DNA from: Chara braunii
Taxonomy: Eukaryota > Plantae > Charophyceae
Length of the DNA: 64,000 nucleotides
Direction of reading: 5' to 3'
Assembly (NCBI GenBank): GCA_003427395.1
Contig: BFEA01000029.1
Location: 2,231,680 to 2,295,679 of the forward strand
Shown: positions 61,970 to 64,000 of the stretch, piece by piece
How positions within the stretch are numbered: position 1 is the first letter of the stretch
How the letters are laid out: the number at the start of each line of letters is the position of its first letter
Notes under the pieces: model-generated
What the model saw: the letters and a program-made list of their open reading frames with translations, nothing else
Told to the model about the DNA's origin: nothing
Databases searched by the model: none
Translations under genes and position numbers: made by a program

Positions 61970-63932
61970 TTAAACATGATAATTTATAGACGCTGATCGA
62001 CTAGGACGACCATTCTAACCACGTGATACATTGTTCAACTAAACCTAAGTCCACTTACAATATCGCCCCTAGCCCCTCTGTCTACTTGACTCATAAATTT
62101 TCTTAGATCGGAACGCACAGACATTACATACAAGACTTCTCATAAGTAGAGTGTCGCCTCGCGGACCTTTATCATAATGACCAGCCATGCATGGATACAT
62201 GAGCAGTCACAATGATGGACTACTATGTGATGCCTAGAAAGGTGTGGTTTCATCTAAGTCATAGGATCGCATTCGATGCTCAGGTATCGACTGATGCGCG
62301 CTCTAGAGGATTCGGTCCTTTAGCGAGCGCAAAAGCGGATTGAACACCTGGTCATCTTCTACACCGTGCATCGTGCGGTGCCCCAAAGGGTGTAGGGGAA
62401 GATGGCGTCAATGGCAGAAGGAAAATTGGAGTGGTGGTAAGTTGTCTGACGCACCACCAGCAACACGCTAACCCTTCCGCTCATAACCTTATCGTTCCAT
62501 CAAAATAAATGTAAACAGGAAGCGATCAAATTACACGTCACTCTCTTTGCGAGTGTTTGTCCCATATCTTATTCCGAGTGAGAGTACATGTGTAGTCCAC
62601 ACTCGAAAATGTTTAAGAAGGACGCCCCCATGAGAGGAAAGCATAGTATTCAGTTATGCAGACCCTCGGAACTAACTTGTCATCGCGACGCTTCACACGT
62701 TACCAACAATCGCTCGATCCTCCGCGGGAATCAGTGTTGCGTACGACAATCGAGTGTAAGAGATCAGATATTGTGAATGGGATCTCCTTCATGATATTGA
62801 ATGGTTGAAGGATGAGTCATTCAGCCCTGGCGGGATTCATGAGCTTTAGGCAGGATGCCACAAAGGGTAGGTGCTCAAAAGTTTGACGCATAGGGGAAAC
62901 CCTTTTGTACTCATCTAAAACCTGGGATGTCCTTGACAAAGATCTCGAATTTCAGATATAGGGCCAACGTCCGACCAATCAATTCAAATAGCAAGGATGA
63001 ACGTGCGCACTATCACGATTGCTCCGAAGTCTGTGCACACGCATTCTCACCAAATCATCGCGACTAAAACCAAAGTGGTTCAAGCGATCAAATGAAAAGG
63101 TTATGTGGTATTATACAATCACTATCACAACAATAATGTGGCTTGTCCATCTGCATTCACACAATACACTGGCAGTCACCAAGGTTCAATTCAGGAATCT
63201 TTCATTTATACCTTCGATCATACAATTTAAACAACATCGCTCATACTACGGGAGTCAACTTTACCGTTCTCTGCGACTCATATCTTGTTATGCACGCAAA
63301 TTTCAACCACTCTTCCACCACCCCACAACAAATGTACTCAGTCTTTAAAAAATGATCATTCAAAAAGAAATTGGGGTGAAAACTCCAAGAAACATAAAAA
63401 CCCATAAGGACTAAGGCCTTAGGTTGAGATACAGAAGCAAGTAAGTTGTGTCGCAAACCGACTTGTTATCAAAATATAAGAGACGAGTAATCAGACTGAA
63501 CGATTCAAGTTTTCAATCGGATATGTAAACCTACATCACAGTACAACTACGTCTCACCCGTGGCCTAGACCGCGGACGATTCGGCTGCCGCGGTCGAAAA
63601 AATCGGTCGCGGCCGCGGCCAATGAGGCCCTGTCTGCGGCCTGTTTTTTTAATTTTTTTTTATACCCCTAAAAATACGTAAATATATATATAGGTTTGTA
63701 AGGCTTGAAAAACCCTACAATCCTACATTTTTTATTTTGAAATCCAACTTCGTTTAAGATTTTTAAAAAATAAAAAACAAAAATCAATTTAAATAAATTA
63801 TTTAAAAAAAACATAAAAAGAAAAGCATGATTTTTTTTTTGTCATTTTTTATCGTGAGAGACATGGTCGCTGAGTTGTCCTGAATTTTTTTAGAAATGTT
63901 TTTCGGGTTTTTTTTTTTGTGTGTGTATGTGC

Positions 63933-63970
<38 letters not shown>

Positions 63971-64000
63971 CTGCGCGGGTGTGTGTGTGTGTGTGTATGT

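Noticed and set aside
61980-64000. Possible LTR/TE remnants at the window end
   Set aside because: No termini, TSD or coding motif identified with confidence.

Overview
Eukaryotic nuclear DNA from a repeat-rich, gapped draft assembly. A charophyte green alga such as Chara is my inference, from a plant-type U6 and SGT1, 1-5 kb introns, a mitochondrial-type rpl14 fragment and abundant (GA)n/(CA)n. There is one intact host gene: a 10-exon SGT1 co-chaperone (TPR-CS-SGS, 363 aa, + strand, 23242-48723; I checked every GT-AG junction and phase by hand). Upstream lie three decayed elements. (i) A Penelope-like retroelement with the GIY-YIG endonuclease N-terminal to the RT (Chlamys/Naiad-type order), preceded by an intact zinc-knuckle ORF1. 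(ii) A minus-strand cassette of intronless decayed ORFs. The largest (~666 aa once 4 in-frame stops and one frameshift are repaired) carries repeats of an unknown domain fused to a divergent histone H3 fold with partly CENH3-like features. The ORF track misses it, and it is the most novel signal here. (iii) A Ty3/gypsy chromovirus whose 3' LTR ends ~1 kb before SGT1. SGT1 introns hold a retroposed U6 copy, tRNA-derived tandem repeats, hAT-type MITEs, a solo LTR, a mitochondrial rps12 fragment with a 24-bp flanking duplication, and a Nextera mate-pair adapter artefact. Downstream are TTAA-flanked MITEs and a scrambled mitochondrial insertion (nad5 split by an inversion, SSU rRNA, rpl14, atp6).
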